64,000 nucleotides of DNA from the human T2T-CHM13v2.0 reference genome, Homo sapiens (GCF_009914755.1 NC_060930.1); one strand, 5' to 3'; shown: positions 41,788-57,266, numbered from the stretch's first letter. Numbers and translations are program-made. Notes: a model not told the origin generated them from the letters alone.

Positions 41788-42347
41788 CCAGTTGAAAAGT
41801 TTTTTGAAGACTAAAACAATTTCCACATCAGGGATGGAGTTTTTAAGGCTTACCGTTTGACTTTCTTGGCTTTTTCTGTGTTTAAACTGGAAAACACATA
41901 AATGTGATTTTTCTGTTTTCAGTAATTGATATTAAGGATGAGATTGAATCCTTGGGCACAAATCAGGACAATGCTCTGAGAACTGGACCCTTAGCATCAC
42001 AATGAAAGACTAATATTTTTTTTCTTGTATTTTAGTTTGGGACTGTGCTAGCTACTATATACTTTTCCAATTGCTGATACAGTTATTTTGTTAGGCATAG
42101 AAATGACCTGAGACTACAAGTCTGGTCACAATCAAAGTGTCTACACATTTCATGGAATCAGCCATGATTGGTTATAACAACACAGATTAGCTGTTACTTA
42201 AATATTTACTACAGGGAACAAGAATTGTGAAAACAGCACTTACACTTGTGTTTACGTATACCTATCGCCACTTGACTCATTCTATAGCTATCATATTACT
42301 GGTTGAATACTAATTTTTAAATGGAAACTTAAACAGTTATGGGAAGA

Positions 42348-42645
<298 letters not shown>

Positions 42646-42816
42646 TATGGGAAGATTTTTTAAATGCTCTGTCTTTTCTTCTCCTGCTCTTGTCACTGGT
42701 GAGATGTCAACCTAAGCTACTATAGACTATTGTTGGAGATGTATGGATTCCACTAATTTTCTTTACCATTCATTACAGAAATATTTTCTTCTAGTGTTGA
42801 CAGTTATCTCTGTGTC

Positions 42817-43129
42817 TTTTTTTTTTTTTTTTTTTTTTTTTTTGAGATGGAGTCTGGCTCTGTTATCCAGGCTGGAGTGCAGTGGCATGATCTTGACTCA
42901 CTGCAACCTCTGTCTTGTGGTTCAAGTGATTCTCCTGCCTCAGCCTCCTGAGTAGCTGGAATTACAGGTGTGTGCCACCACACTCAGCTAATTTTTTTTT
43001 TGTATTTTTAGTAGAGACGGGGTTTCACCATGTTGGCCAGGCTGGTCTCGAACTCCTATCCTCAAGTGATCCACCTGTCTCAGCCTCCCAAAGTGCTAGG
43101 ATTACAGGAGTGAGCCACTGTACCCAGCC
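42817..43129 (-). mobile_element. AluS
   Basis: Long T tract; TSD TGTGTCTT. Confidence 0.95.
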
Positions 43130-43179
43130 TGTGTCTTCATAACTAGACTTCTGGAGGTCTTTTATTGATTTCTCTAGCA

Positions 43180-43330
43180 CGGTGACTTTTCTCAACACTG
43201 GCTGGTTGTACATTAGAGCCACTTGGGGAACTTTTAAATATCCTGAGACCCACTGGCACCAATTAATTTCTGGTGACAGGCCCCAGGCATCAATTCCAAA
43301 GTTCAGCCAGGGCAGAGAACCACTAGGCTA
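43180..43330. mobile_element. MER5-like hAT-Charlie fragment
   Basis: TTTCTCAAC...TACATTAGAGCCACTTGGGGAACTTTTAAA...CAGCCAGGGCAGAGAACCACT. Confidence 0.55.
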
Positions 43331-44063
43331 GGGAGAAAAATCAAAACCTTATTTGTCAGGTTCATTCCTAGTTTTAAATCTCTGTTGTCTTTATTCTTGT
43401 GATAAGAACAGTATTAGAGTAATAGTCTGTGTACATTTGTTGTGTGGATCTCTGCAACTGTCCTTTTCTAATGAAGGTTTTCCTGTGAGCTGACTTACAA
43501 TTATAAGAGAGTCTTTTCTATTACAGACCAATAGATATTATAGAGATAGGCAAGGTACTTCTACAAGCATTCTCTCATGTGAACCTAACTGTAATTCTGG
43601 AAAGCAGGGGGGATTACTATGCCCATTTTAGATGAGAAACTGTGGCTCAAAAAGGTTAAATGATTTTTCTAAATTTCGTGGTTCAATGACAGACTCAGGA
43701 CTCGAAACAATGACATCTAACATTTAACCTACTACACTTCCTACTACTTCATTCCCCCCAACCTTCCTTTGAAGGAAATCAGAAGTGAATAAGAGACGAC
43801 TTTCTTTTTAAAGGCATTTTAGTCTAAATAAACAACTGATAAAAACACTACCTTATAACTTTAATTTCAACTCCAATGTGACATTATAGGCTAAGTCATA
43901 GCTGAAGCACTGGGTACCATACATGGGAGCAGTTTAACGTAATTTCATGAAGTGCCTAGAATATAACATATGGCCAACAAATATTTGTTGAATAAATTTA
44001 CAAACTTCCACTTGTTTCTTGCCATGTATATGACTTTTCTATAGGGCATAGCTGTAGATATAA

Positions 44064-44397
<334 letters not shown>

Positions 44398-45609
44398 CTA
44401 ATTTTTATTCTAGTTTGATCTGCCTATAATCATGAGGATCTGGAGAAAGGGTCAGAAAAAGTAACTAAGCATTTAGGCTGAATTAGTCTTGCAGGAAGAC
44501 AAGGACAGACTGATGGACAAAAAGAGACACAGACATAGTCCTCTATTCTTCTGTCTGGAACAATAATCTCAGGAAATAACTAAATATGTGCAGGAGAAAA
44601 TATTAACCAAAAACAGCTTACAAGACCTACACATTGAATTAAAATCACTGGGCAGGAAAAATAAAGGATAGCTATTCCAGCAGATCAACCAGATGTATGG
44701 CCTGAGTACAACTGTAGAGGCAATATATTTATACATTTATAAAAGCGAATTCATACTGTTGGCAATGTATTTAGCTGGGGAGAAGACAGTTACTATGTAT
44801 TTGTAATAATGCCCCCAGGACACCTGGCCTGAGGACCACCACTGGCTGACATTTGGAGCAATGCATAGATACCACTTCCTCTTCAGACATTCAAGTCTGA
44901 GGAGTTGCAGAGTGGATATGAGGCCAAGAACTGGTCAGAGATGATGACTAAAATCTGTGAAACAAAATGCTAGTTAATGGTAGAATAACTTCCAAGAAAA
45001 AGAATCAACAATTTTAAAATGCTACTAATGTAAGAATGCACTAATGATCAGATTAAATTTTAACCAATAAATGATTTAAGGAGGCCTAAGGGACAATCTC
45101 CTTATTGAAAAATAAAAACTTAAATAAAATAAACAGAAAATTGTTTGAATCACAGTTCCCCTCCACTTCCCCCTAACCTTTTTTTTCCTGCTTCCTTTCA
45201 GTTTCTTTAGTCTCTCAGAAATTCCCTGGTGGGGCTTTAAAGGGACACACTCTTCTTGACATATATTAGGCAGGTCAAATCCAGATGTATGTTTTTTGAA
45301 TTAAGATGGCTTATTTAAAGCAATAAGAAGCTGCCACAGAATAGCCAAAATTATAGATATTAGAGATGGAAAAGACTTATTAGATCATCAAGTCTGTCCC
45401 TCAGGGCCAGTGCAGGAGAAGCAATCAAAATAAAATGATCCACTCACTCCAACTGTTCTCTGTGGTTAGCAAGACAAAAACATTCTCAAATAGAAAGGAG
45501 TCTTGGAAGTTTATGACTGAAATACTGAACTTTCTTTTTTCAATTATTTTGTTCATTGTCAGTCAGAATCCAGGGAAGCTGGGCTTATTTTGCTTTTGGT
45601 TTTATATAC

Positions 45610-45610
<1 letters not shown>

Positions 45611-45662
<52 letters not shown>
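45611..45662. repeat. (TCTA)13 tetranucleotide STR
   Basis: Perfect run. Confidence 0.98.
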
Positions 45663-45663
<1 letters not shown>

Positions 45664-47949
45664 AAATGTACCTTGTATGTACAAACATATATAGATGCTA
45701 TGAAGCCACCATTTATAGCTTTCAGTTTTCTCAGTTATAGTCATATTAGCATTCATAATAAGCTACTGGTTTATCTAGCGGTTTCTGATAAAGCTTCTGG
45801 TTTGTTCAAGATTTGCTAGTAGGAACCCACCCATAGACCAAGTTCTCTCTTTTTTGGGAGCTCAAGGTCTAATGACATGGCTGTGACCTCTGACAGATGG
45901 TGTACGTGATGGACACTGAATTTAATTCATGTGATGGAATTCTGGAAATAAGCATCAAGGACTTGGGGATTTTTCTATGTGTAGAGACCACAGGAAGGGA
46001 TCAGCCTTTAGCCCTCCTCATAGGAATGGTTTCAATAAATTTGAATACCTTTCCATGGCCCTTTATATTTTTTGAAATATTTACATATAAAGATGTACTT
46101 AAATACAAGAGCAGAATAAAATAACACCAATATCTAAGGAATAAAAAGAGTTTTCTAAACTGGCTAGGATGAGCAGAAAGTGGGGATGTAAGAAATTCTC
46201 CTTCATTGGTAAACAGGCAGTCTTGGAGAGACACTGATGTGACTCACGCTTGTGTTCATATTCACCACAATTATGGTTGGCAGAACAGACAGACTTATTA
46301 GGCAATTAGAAGGAAATAAATCCAACTTCAGATTGATCTACCAAAATACTCAGTCTCTAAGACTTGTGCTAGATATAGTGGAACTAGTGATGAGAAAAAG
46401 TGTGATTTCTTTATTGAAGAGCCATCATTGAGTTATCCTAGGTCTCCTTGGAGAAACTTGTCAAAATGATCCCCGGTTAGCCTTTTGAATTTCCATACCA
46501 ATGGAGACATATTGTTGCCTTCTAGTTCCTTAAAACAAAAATGTGATAGGATAATTTTTAAAAAGGATTCCATATGGCTATGAACTTATTAAAAATACAT
46601 AAATATCTAGGTTATGAAATACTAGAGTGCCTTTTAAAATTGATTCAGTTGATGAAATCTGGTGTCTGGAGTGATTTCTATAAAAAGCTGCTCATTGAGC
46701 CCCTGATCAAGATTATAAACTCCTACTGAACACTGTTTCTATGGTAAAATCGAAAACTGACTTACATCATTTTGACTTGTCAGGCCTTTTCCAGGAACTT
46801 AGTCTGCCAAAGAGACAAAGATTGACTCCTTATTTAAATAAGAGGGGCCCCATTGGCGTTTCCTACAAATTTGGGTGCCAAATGAAATGGAAAATCCATC
46901 ATCCTCACACATTAGAGGACCAATTCGTGGTAATAATACCATATCTTCTATTTTCCAGCCTTGGGGAAACTCAAAAACTTTTGCTTTTAATTTTCACTGT
47001 ATTCTAGTGAGGAGGGAAGAGGCTGAGAATCAATTATTTAAAGTATTTAAGCCAGAATTAGGCAAATGGGCACCTGAGGAAAAGTAATTATAGGTGGCAC
47101 TAGTCACCTTTTCCAGTTTGCTTTCTTTACCTTTCAACTAATTCCACTCTACTATTTTTTCCCTAATTTTGCATTATGCTTGGCTGAGGCATGCTCAGAC
47201 CTTGCTCAGCTTCATTTACTACACTGAAAGCCATATTATAGAGCTGTGAACATATAATATGGCACCTACATCAAAAAAGGCTTTGGAGGTCAAGTTTCAG
47301 CAGGGCTCTATTTTTACATTTTTACTTAACCTCTTCTGGTTCTAAGGCTATTGAAGGACTTCATCCTTTGAAAAATTAAGTGGAGAAGGAACAACCTCTT
47401 CTCCCAAGCTTTCTGTTACTTTCCTTACCCTCTTCCCAACCTCCCACAAGAGAAATAGTATTCATGAACATTAGAAGAAAATGAAAACATCTTAAAAATT
47501 TATGCTATTTACTCATTCTTCTAATTTGGAGAACATACTATTTTCATAGAAGAACAGCTATGGTAAATTCTCTATATTTTTAACCTTTAAGTGTTTTATT
47601 AAACAAAAACTCCTATCAGCATACAAAAGGTCTTGCTCTCCCACAAAACAAGTAATTTGTATAAAAAATGCTACTTCTTCCATAGTTGTCGCTGTTCTGT
47701 GAGCTGACCTTAGGGCAAGTGCAGAGAAAAGGTGTACGTACAGTATTAGCTAACTATGCAGCAATTTGTTTTGCACTTTGTCTTGCAGGAGGTTCCAGTC
47801 TACCACCTGGTTCAAAACAATTCTAAACAGAGTTTTACATCTATATCTTTAACATTTTTAAATAATGTCCTATGGCTGTAGAAAGTATGTTACCTAACGA
47901 CTGCCTTGCTCTCTAGAGATTAAAGAGAAATAAGCTTTTGTTTTTTAAT

Positions 47950-48170
47950 TATAATAACAAAGTCTAACATACTGTGTTTACTCTGTGCTTGGGACTATTC
48001 TAAGCATTTAACATGTATTAACTTATTTAGTCCTTATAACAATGCTATTAGACAGGTGCTTTCAGTAAGGTTATATAACTTGCCCAAAGTCACACAGTTG
48101 CTAAGTGGAGAGTCATGATGTGAACCTAGGCAGTTGCTCCACAACCCATGTTCTCAACTTCTACGTTGTA
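47950..48170 (-). mobile_element. MIR
   Basis: ACTATTCTAAGCATTTAACATGTATTAACTTATTTAGTCCTTATAACAA...TAACTTGCCCAAAGTCACACAG. Confidence 0.7.
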
Positions 48171-48242
48171 CTGGCCTTTGAATCACTGATAACCTCGAGA
48201 AGCTCTAAAATCATCATAGGAAACATGCATTCAATAAATGCA

Positions 48243-48385
48243 AGTGGTGCATGAGGTGGCTTATGCCTATAATCCTAGCACTTTGGGAGGTCAATGCAGA
48301 AGGATTGCTTGAGCCCAGAAGTTCCAGACCAGTCTGGGCAACATAGTGGGAAACCAACTCTATCAAAAATAAAAAAATAAAAATT
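48243..48385 (+). mobile_element. FLAM / Alu left monomer
   Basis: GGTGGCTTATGCCTATAATCCTAGCACTTTGGGAGG...A-rich tail. Confidence 0.8.
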
Positions 48386-48399
48386 AAATAAGTACATGT

Positions 48400-48888
48400 G
48401 TACAGGAGGAAACAATGCTTCCTTTTACTCTTTCCAGGTTCTCTGGTCTAAGAATTAAATCAGTGTAAGACAGATTAACAGGAGAAAAAAACTTAATTAC
48501 ATACATATGCATGAGTGTTTTACAAAAATGAGGCTCAAGGAGATGGGCAGATAATTGAGACTTACATACCTGAGCTATAAACAGGAGTAGTGGTTTAGGG
48601 GCTTCTGGTGGGGGGAGTGGGAGGCAAATTATGGGAAGGTGAGGGGAAAAATGTGTAGCAAATAAAGTTTGCTTTATTATGCTGGTAAGAGTGATAAGAA
48701 CTACTGAGAGTAGTTCTCTTCCTGATAAAAATACTTTACTAGTGGAAATTTCATTTACAAAAGTAAATTTATACTTTATTCTAGATAGTTGAGGGGGAGG
48801 TAAAGAGCTTTTCCTGCATCAGCTGGTTCTCAATTGCCTTTAGCTAAAAAAAAAAAAAAGTCAAAGTGGTATATTTTGAACCCCTTCA
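48400..48888 (-). mobile_element. MER34-like ERV1 LTR
   Basis: - strand start TGAAGGGGTTCAAAATATACCACTTTGAC...GCTAAAGGCAATTGAGAA. Confidence 0.65.
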
Positions 48889-51800
48889 CTTATAATAAAT
48901 ATACGCAGAGAGCTCTTGGAGTCTGCACTGGAGACAGAAGAATAAACAAGACACAAATATCACTGCCATGACATTCAGTCATTTAAACAGATGAAAAGTT
49001 AATCCATGCTTGGGGCCTGAAAATGCACATAGAACAAATTATAAAATTTATTCCCCCAAACAGGGGAATAAAAATGAATGCAGGAATGATTTTTTTTGTC
49101 TTGTTAACAGGCAAGAAAAAAATAGGCTGAAATCAGCTTTCCCAAAACAAAATGCACTGTACCATCATCCTTCTATGGACTCTTTTAATAACACCCTAAC
49201 TGGTCTCCTTGCTTCTCTTCTGGTCTGTAGGACACTCTCTTCATAGCAGCCTGAGTGATCCTTTACCACCTATTTTGAAAAGAAGCTGTCAATCAGTATA
49301 AACTAATACTGAACAGTAGATACTAGGAGTCATTCTGCTCTTCTGTTGAACTTGGTTCTGGAGCGGGAGAGCTTAGTGGCATCAATGTTACTGAACAGCT
49401 TCTCTCTGCTGAGGTTCCTTCTCCTTTTTCCCATTCTATATGCCCTCAATCCCTTGCAGCCAGAATTCTCCTCTCTTTTCTTTACGCTTCTTGCAGATCC
49501 AGCTCCATTCAGCTTCTGCACTCAGTGAGTACGCCCTTATGAACCATCTCTGCTTATGACCACAAACACATTAAAGTAAAAATGCCAGCATTTAAATGTA
49601 TCTAAAATGTGATTTTAAAATATTATTCATATGAAAGATAAGAAGAAATTTATTTCCATCTGGATAATTCTTTTAAACTAAAGACTTTCTTACAGAATCT
49701 GGAAAGATGACAGCTATCTTCAAATACCTGAAGGACTATCTTATGTGACAGGATTCATTATATTACTTAAGTTCAAGAAACCTCCAGAGATAAAACATAG
49801 AATTTCCTTATCTAAAAGATAAGCACAAAGAGGAAGCACAAAATGTGTCCTTGATGTTTTCACCTTAGAATGAAAACAATCATAGAGTTCATTTTTCACC
49901 ACTCAGTTGTGCAACTTGCAATTCTTGGGTTATCAAAGAACAGTCAGATTATATTAAGAAACTCATGTTTTCTGATCTCAAAGCTTTTTCTATCACATGG
50001 AATTGCACACAAACATCTTGCACTTTCTAGAGAGGGTCATATAATACCACACACTTAACTTTGCCCCTCTTCTCCCAAACTGCTTTGCTGTGGATCAGGG
50101 AGGTGCTGACGGGCTTGAGTCCCATCTCTTGGGCTGGCCAGTTTTGACTGGCAGATGCTTCTACTGAAGCAGCAGTTTTTCATCTCCCCAGCTTTATGGC
50201 CCACACTGTAACAGATAAGGGGTAGCAGACATCCTGGCTCTAGTGTGCTCAGAAACGAATACAAACTAATGCAAAACAGAATCAGAAGGCACAGTTTTTC
50301 TTATTTGCTCTCCTAATGAAACTGTCATCTTTATTCATAGAATGGTTTCTTCATATCTTTTCACTACTTCTGTGCAGCCATAGGTACTGGTCTGAAATGT
50401 GCCGTATTTGATTCTTGGTCAATTCCAGTTTCTTCAAATATTGCAGGGAATCAAGAATTAATATACAGCAAAGACTACACAAAGATGGTGTGTAGACGAT
50501 AATGCAGATAGACAACAGATACATCCATACATCTTACACAAAACCATTATATATGCGCTCACATTCTTTTTCTGTTTCAGTTCTAGGACAGCCTTTAGGT
50601 CCCACCCCACCACCCTGACAATCAGAGACACTTTTGACTACTTCAGAGGCAGTCAAGCATTTACACTACCATTATTCTCGTTTAGTAACAATACTGAAAA
50701 GCTTCATACTGTCTGCCATTATGCCTCCTCAAGCTGTCTTTTAATAGTTTCAATGAAAGCTGTGCAAGGAAATAATATTCTACAATCTCCAGTCTCCAGG
50801 GAAGAATATGACTGTTCCCAGAGGAGAGTAAGCCTTTGCTGAATCTGCTACTTTATAAGTAAAACAGGAAGTTCGGTCCTCTTTTATTGTACCTTTTTCA
50901 TTTTTGAAAAGCTGCCCAAATGGTTCCAAATATAGTTGAAGCACTTATTAATGTCAAGAAGCCAAGATATTTCTCCATGGTTTGCTGAATAAGAAAGGAA
51001 GAAAACCGCTTGTACTCAGTTGTCCTTTGCTTCCCTTGCCAAAGAAGCAGGAAGGAGAGTGAATGAATAAGTGAAAAGGGATGGTGTTTATCTTTCAACA
51101 AAATCATAATGTTCTGCACTCAGCTCCTGCAGTCAAATGTGGCCACTGCATCTTTAAGACAGCTAGTCTCTTCCCTCAGAGACGACACACTAATTATAGT
51201 GCTTCTGCCAGAGGGAACTCACACATGTAAACCATTATGTAAAATATAATTTCTTTTTCTTTAGGAATACTCAAGATCATTAGACATGGTTTCTTCAATG
51301 CTAGAAAATCAGGCCAAAAATGAAAATAAACAGTTTCAAGTATTTGCAACATAATTCCCTCATGCATTTATGGAAATACAGTAAAAGTGCCCTAAAATGT
51401 GGTTTGACATTTCATGCTGCACTGGTTTTTTCTATTTTTCCAATTCTCTAACATTTGCCCTCTTATCCTATATCATTTCAGTTTCACTATATTTCAAATA
51501 CTCACATAGCAATAGCCACAGCTATTACCAAATAGTTGGGCTTTGAGGGAGCTAGTGAACAACAGGAAGCAGCCCAGAAGCTTGTTGTAAATTAAACAAA
51601 CGCCTTATAAATTAAACATGGTAACACATGAACACAAACGTAGGGCACGGCAACATGACATAACTTTTAAAAACAGCAATTAAATGTATAGCATTGCTTT
51701 CCCTAATGATGTGCTATGCTAATTTAAGGCAAAGGTAATGATTCCGTTGATTTAACAGTTTGACATGGAACTCATAAATGAGAATAAAATCTGTAATAAA

Positions 51801-54800
51801 TCATGGGGACTTCGGTATTCACGAGTATAGAATTAGGTATGTTATTATATGGGGGAAAGATATACATTTCAATTCAATCAATTTTCTATATCATAAACTA
51901 ACCCAAAACATAGGCTCAACAGTAAGCAGTCTTTTGAGACTCAAAGAAATAATCCCTTTATTAAAAATTCAGATTTTCAATAGTATATTAATTGGTAAAT
52001 TTTCTTTTTTATTGTTACTGTCTGCATTTTGCTTCTTCCACATTGTTTACCTTTTTAATCTTTTTATCCAGATGTTCTGAAAATACAAAATAAATAAAGC
52101 ATCACTTATAATACCCTTATAAAACACAAAGCGCCATAATGGACACATAAGTTTTATCTTAGTAAAAGGACAAAAGCGGAAGAGAAACACATTCTCTTAA
52201 GCTCGTATGGGTTTGTGAAAGAAAGGGATGTTCTACTGGGGAGAGCAGTCTCATTGGGAGAGATCTGACTGCTACAATCGTTTGCTTTAACTGGTTTACT
52301 TTGCTCTATTAAAAAAAATCCATATCAATTGGATTGATTTTTAATGTCTATGTTTAGCTCAATGTTAACTGGCTTTGTTTTTGAAAAATGCACTCTTTGG
52401 TTATTCAGATAAATAAGTAATCCAGCTCTTCTACAATGATTTTACTATTGCTATTATTATGTAGCATTATTAACAGATTTTCTTTAAAAGTTCTTTTCTA
52501 TTCTGGAGGCCCAGTTTTTACTTTTTAGTCGATTTTTCTTACCTAGGATTACATAAAAATACCTTTAGAGAATAGCCACTTCTGTACAGGACAAAAACAT
52601 TACAGCTGGAATCCTTTGGTAAGCAACTCTCGAACTATTCAAATAGGCAACTAGCAATAAGCTCTTGATCACATTGGTAAAAATCATATACATTTTTGCC
52701 ATGGTGTCAACAGATGAAACCTGTTGATATATGGGGTAATAAGTGCAAAACAGGAGGGAAGTAAAGACTTGTTCTCAGAACACATAATGCTCTCTCTCCC
52801 TCCAGCCTCTATACTTTATATTCATGCTGATGAGTCTGTTCTTCCTGGTTACTTTTTCTTGGCTAACGTTATTAGTCCTTTAGATTTCAGCTTAGCTGAC
52901 ATTCCCTGCAGGAAGCCTTCCCTGATCATTAAGACAAAATCAGGCCTCGCCCAAGTGCACTAAGTCCACAGCACCTGCTAGCCCTACAGTAGCACTTATA
53001 CTACATTACTACTACACTACACTACATTATAATTGAACCTTGAGGGTAGGGAATATAGCCTATTCAGAAATGTGGCCCCAGTACCAGGCAGCTTACCAAA
53101 TAGTCAGAAGCCAATAAATATTCATTGAACAAACAAATTAGTAACATGCTGATAATGATGACAATGTTACTAATGACTAAATTTACTGAGTGCTTGTTAC
53201 ATGTCAAGTGCTATTCTAGGCCTTTTACATTTAATCTTCACAACCCTACAAGGAAGGTGCATTTGTGCCATTACCACCTCCATTTTACGGATGAAGAAGC
53301 TGAGACACAGAGAACCTTCTGTATTTTGTTGCATTGCTTTGTTTTGGTAGTGGCTTGTCAATTTAGATGAATTCAGATTATATGCTCGGAGCAAAGGTGA
53401 AGTGAAGAGTAACTGCTAATTGATAACAGATCAAAATAATTACTAAGTTGAACCATATAAAACTGTTGGCATTCAATTGGGTTTGACCTACATAAATGGC
53501 AATTTCATCTTTATCCCTGTGCTTTATCTCTAAATCTACCCACAACTGGGTAGCATGCACCTACATATTGCCATGCTAGAGTGACACGCACCTGGAGAAG
53601 GACCTGAGAAGGTATTTATGCACATAATTATTTTTAACTGTGTCAACAGAGCTTTGTTCCTATGGCTGTCTAGGACTTAATGATATTTTTGGGATATATT
53701 TGCTATAATACATTTTGCCTGTGTAGACAAAGTCAAGGGACTCAAAAGAGGTAAAATCAGTAATGATGGTTTTTCCATAGTTCTAACTCATCCAGGATGA
53801 CAAAAAGCCAAAGATAAAAGAAAAAAAGAATCTGGAATTGAAAATGATTTAAATTTGCCAGTTCCCAGCACTTCTGGAATACTGCCAGGGTTAATTTGGA
53901 TTGGGCCTTTCAGAGTTTGCATTACTTTAACTTGATGTAACCTAAAAAATAGACTTGATATAAAGAGGTAAAAAGAGTCCATCTAACTCAACACAACTGA
54001 CAGTCTGTTCTCAAGTTGCCTAGCCCTGAACCAGAATGTTTTATTTGTTTCACTCCAGAAGAGGGTGATACTGTGTCTCTTAGTGAAAGGTATTTGTGAT
54101 GAAAATAACTTATAGACTAATCCAAAGCTATGTAAGGCAAATGCTCACAGAAGGAAACAGAACTTGTTTTTTAAGGTGGAAACATTTTTAGAGTTTGCTG
54201 GAGATTTTCATTTCAAAATCTCCAAATTCAACAATTCTTCAGCCTCTGTAAACTTTCAAATGGAAAGCTCCAATATTTAGAGTAAATAATGTCTAAGCTT
54301 CCCCTTCATAGCAAGTTTTCTTTTTCTCTCCTGTCATAAGAGTGTTATATCCTGGCAAGTGAAATACAGAACCCCTTTGTAGTAAAGCTATCATACTATA
54401 CCACTCAGAATGTGGTGCTAATGAGGTTATTGCTTAATAGAACCATAGAAGGACATTGAAAAAAGAAAATACCCTGACAAATGTGTTGACCAAAGGATAC
54501 CAACAACTCTCCTAGGGTCCTGTCCGAAATTCAAGGATTTAAAAAAGTAAAAATGAACTTTAGTGTATGTGAAAAATCATAACATTGAAACATAAGTCCA
54601 TTTATCTTTTAACTATTTTTCTAGTTCTCTTCCAAAATTTTGCTGGTTATTAAAACACTGCTGTGTAAATAAAAATGTTCTGCTTTATAACTTAACCCCA
54701 TTTCTTGTCCTTACAATATAATAATGTCATTGTTTGTTATATCACACTTATTCTCAAAGTAATAGGGCTTGATTTAAAGGACTTTAAATAGCACATTGAG

Positions 54801-55274
54801 GAAGGGCTTCTGCAGAAAAATGAGATTGGGGAATCCAACACAGAATGGGGAATTCAGAAATGGACTATGAAGGACTTCTATTATTCTGAGAGTCCTAAAA
54901 GAGTTTATATACCATGACTCCCACTGAGATAAGCACAGCTCTTCATAAACACTCTTAATAAACATCTGCTAAGTGGGCTGTCCCAAGGCTGAACTGTCCA
55001 CTGATAAGGTCGTGGGGAATTTATTACTAGAATTTCAGTGAAGCCATTCAAATTCCCAGACTGTGAATATAGTTGCAAATAAATGAACTCATTTCATTAA
55101 TACATATCCTCTGCCCTGATGAGTAAATGCCCACTTTTGCGTCTCTTCAGAGATATTCACAATCAACTGCTTCATGTACCCAGCTATCCTTAGTCATTCA
55201 GACCACCAAAAATGAGAGCTTGCAGCAGTCTATAACATCACCACTCTCACAGATAAAACACAACATACCCTATA

Positions 55275-55450
55275 ATTAGAATCACAGACTGTAGGAGCTC
55301 GAATGGGCCTTAGAAGTAATTTAGTTCAACCTTCTCATTGTACAGTTGAGCTTGAGTGACTTTTCCAAATGTTATTCAACCAGTTAATGGCCGGACTGGG
55401 AGTAGAACCAGGTCTCCCGACTCTTATTCAACTGCTTTTGCCATTATAAC
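55275..55450 (-). mobile_element. MIR
   Basis: TAGAATCACAGACTGTAGGAGCT...CCTTAGAAGTAATTTAGTTCAACCTTCTCATTGTACAG...AGAACCAGGTCTCC. Confidence 0.65.
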
Positions 55451-55933
55451 AGGATTCAGCCATGACATACTATTTAAGCAAGGTCAGTAAACAGACACTA
55501 CTAGGACTTAATGGCAAGTGATTTCATTAACAACAAGAGGCTGTAACAAAAAACTCCCTGTATCTAATTCCTAAAAAATTCAAGTTGAGGGATGGTAACT
55601 TGGTATTCTAGCCACTAACATAAAAAAGCAAAGAAACTATATGGACTAGAAACCAATTCTAAAAGAATCTTTTTAAAAAAAGTCTGCATTAATAAGATTA
55701 ATAAGGATATACTCAATGTAGAACATTTATTCTACTTGGGTGATATATATTTTTTTAATCTCACCTATTGCACCTGCATAAGAGTGAGGAATTTCTGTAT
55801 TAAACAGTAAAAGTTTTCTTTTGCCAATGATGTACATTATACTGCAGAAAAGAACTAGATTGAGAATCAAGAGTCCTGGGTTCTGCTATTAATTCACTGA
55901 GATACTCTAATTTTCTCATTTTCTCAGTCATAG

Positions 55934-56237
55934 CTTTCTTTTGTTTTGTTTTGTTTTTTTATTTTTTGGATACAGGGTGTCACTCTGTGATTCAGGCTGG
56001 AGTGTAGTAGCACGATCACAGCTCACTGCAGCCTCAACTTCCTGGTGATCCTCCTGCCTCAGCCTCCTGAGTAGCTAGGACTACAGGCAAGCACCACCAC
56101 ACCTGGCTAGTTGTTTTATTTTTGTAGAGATGGGGTCTTCCTATGTTGCCCAGGCTAATCTCAAACTCCTGGGCTCAAGTGATCCTCTCACCTCAGCTTC
56201 CCAAAGGGATTAAAGGCATGGGCCATGATGCTCAGCC
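55934..56237 (-). mobile_element. AluJ
   Basis: Antisense diverged Alu. Confidence 0.9.
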
Positions 56238-56241
56238 ACAG

Positions 56242-56561
56242 TTTTCTTTTCTTTTCTTTTCTTTTTGTTTTTTTTTGAGAAGGAGTCTCACTCTGTCGCT
56301 CAGGATGGAGTACAGTGGCACAATCTTGTCTCACTACAACCTCCGCCTCCTGGATTCAAGCGATTCTCCCGCCTCAGCTTCCTGAGTAGCTAGGATTACA
56401 GGTGTCTGCCATCACGCCCAGCTAATTTTTGTATTTTTAGTAGAAACAGGGTTTCACCATGTTGGTCAGGCTGGTCTTCAACTCCCGACCTCAGGTGATT
56501 CACCTGCTTCAGCCTCCCAAAGTGCTGGGATTACAGATGTGAGCCACCACCATGCCTGGCC
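56242..56561 (-). mobile_element. AluS inserted at the 5' end of the neighbouring AluJ
   Basis: TSD CAGCCACAGTTTTCT (56233-56247, 56563-56577) includes the first bases of the AluJ. Confidence 0.94.
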
Positions 56562-57266
56562 CCAGCCACAGTTTTCTAATATAAAAATTGAAAGGGTTGA
56601 TTTTTAACAGTGTGCTAAGAAGGGCCCTGGAAGTTTCCCAGAGTTGTCCTAGGAGCTGACAAGAGGGGCTAGGGAAGAATAAGGAAGATACCAAGCTTGG
56701 AAGTTCTGTGTTTTCCACCCCAACCTCAACTGGGCAGTTCTGCTTTGATCTGATTTTAATATTAAGCTAAAATGTAAGATCTTGTTTGAAGAACAAGTTA
56801 TGTGGCTGAAGTTTCAAAGCCACTGAAAAGTTGACAGTACCTATAATACACCTTCTGACTCTGATGTTCGCTTAAAAGCCCTGCAAGGACACTACCTTAA
56901 GGATTAAACCCAAGCTCCTAAATACAGCATTCTCCATGCCTCAGCCCCCGCCTCTCCTTTTCTTCTCATCTCCAGCCATTTCTCACCATGTACTTCATGC
57001 TTTAAGCATTTCAAAATGTTGGTAATAACCTGACAATGCAGTGCTGTTTCACACCTCCTTGGAACTCACTTTTGCTCATGCTCCTTCTGCAATTTGCCCC
57101 CTTCTCTGCTTGGCTTAACTCTTCTTACTCTTCAAAATTCAGCTCAGGCAATCCTTTCTCCACAAAGCCTTTTTGGAACCCCAAAACCAGGTGAAGTGCC
57201 CTCTACTTGCTCTTACTACAGCCTGTGAAGGATTCGCACATTACACCTTATAAAGAAATGATACAG

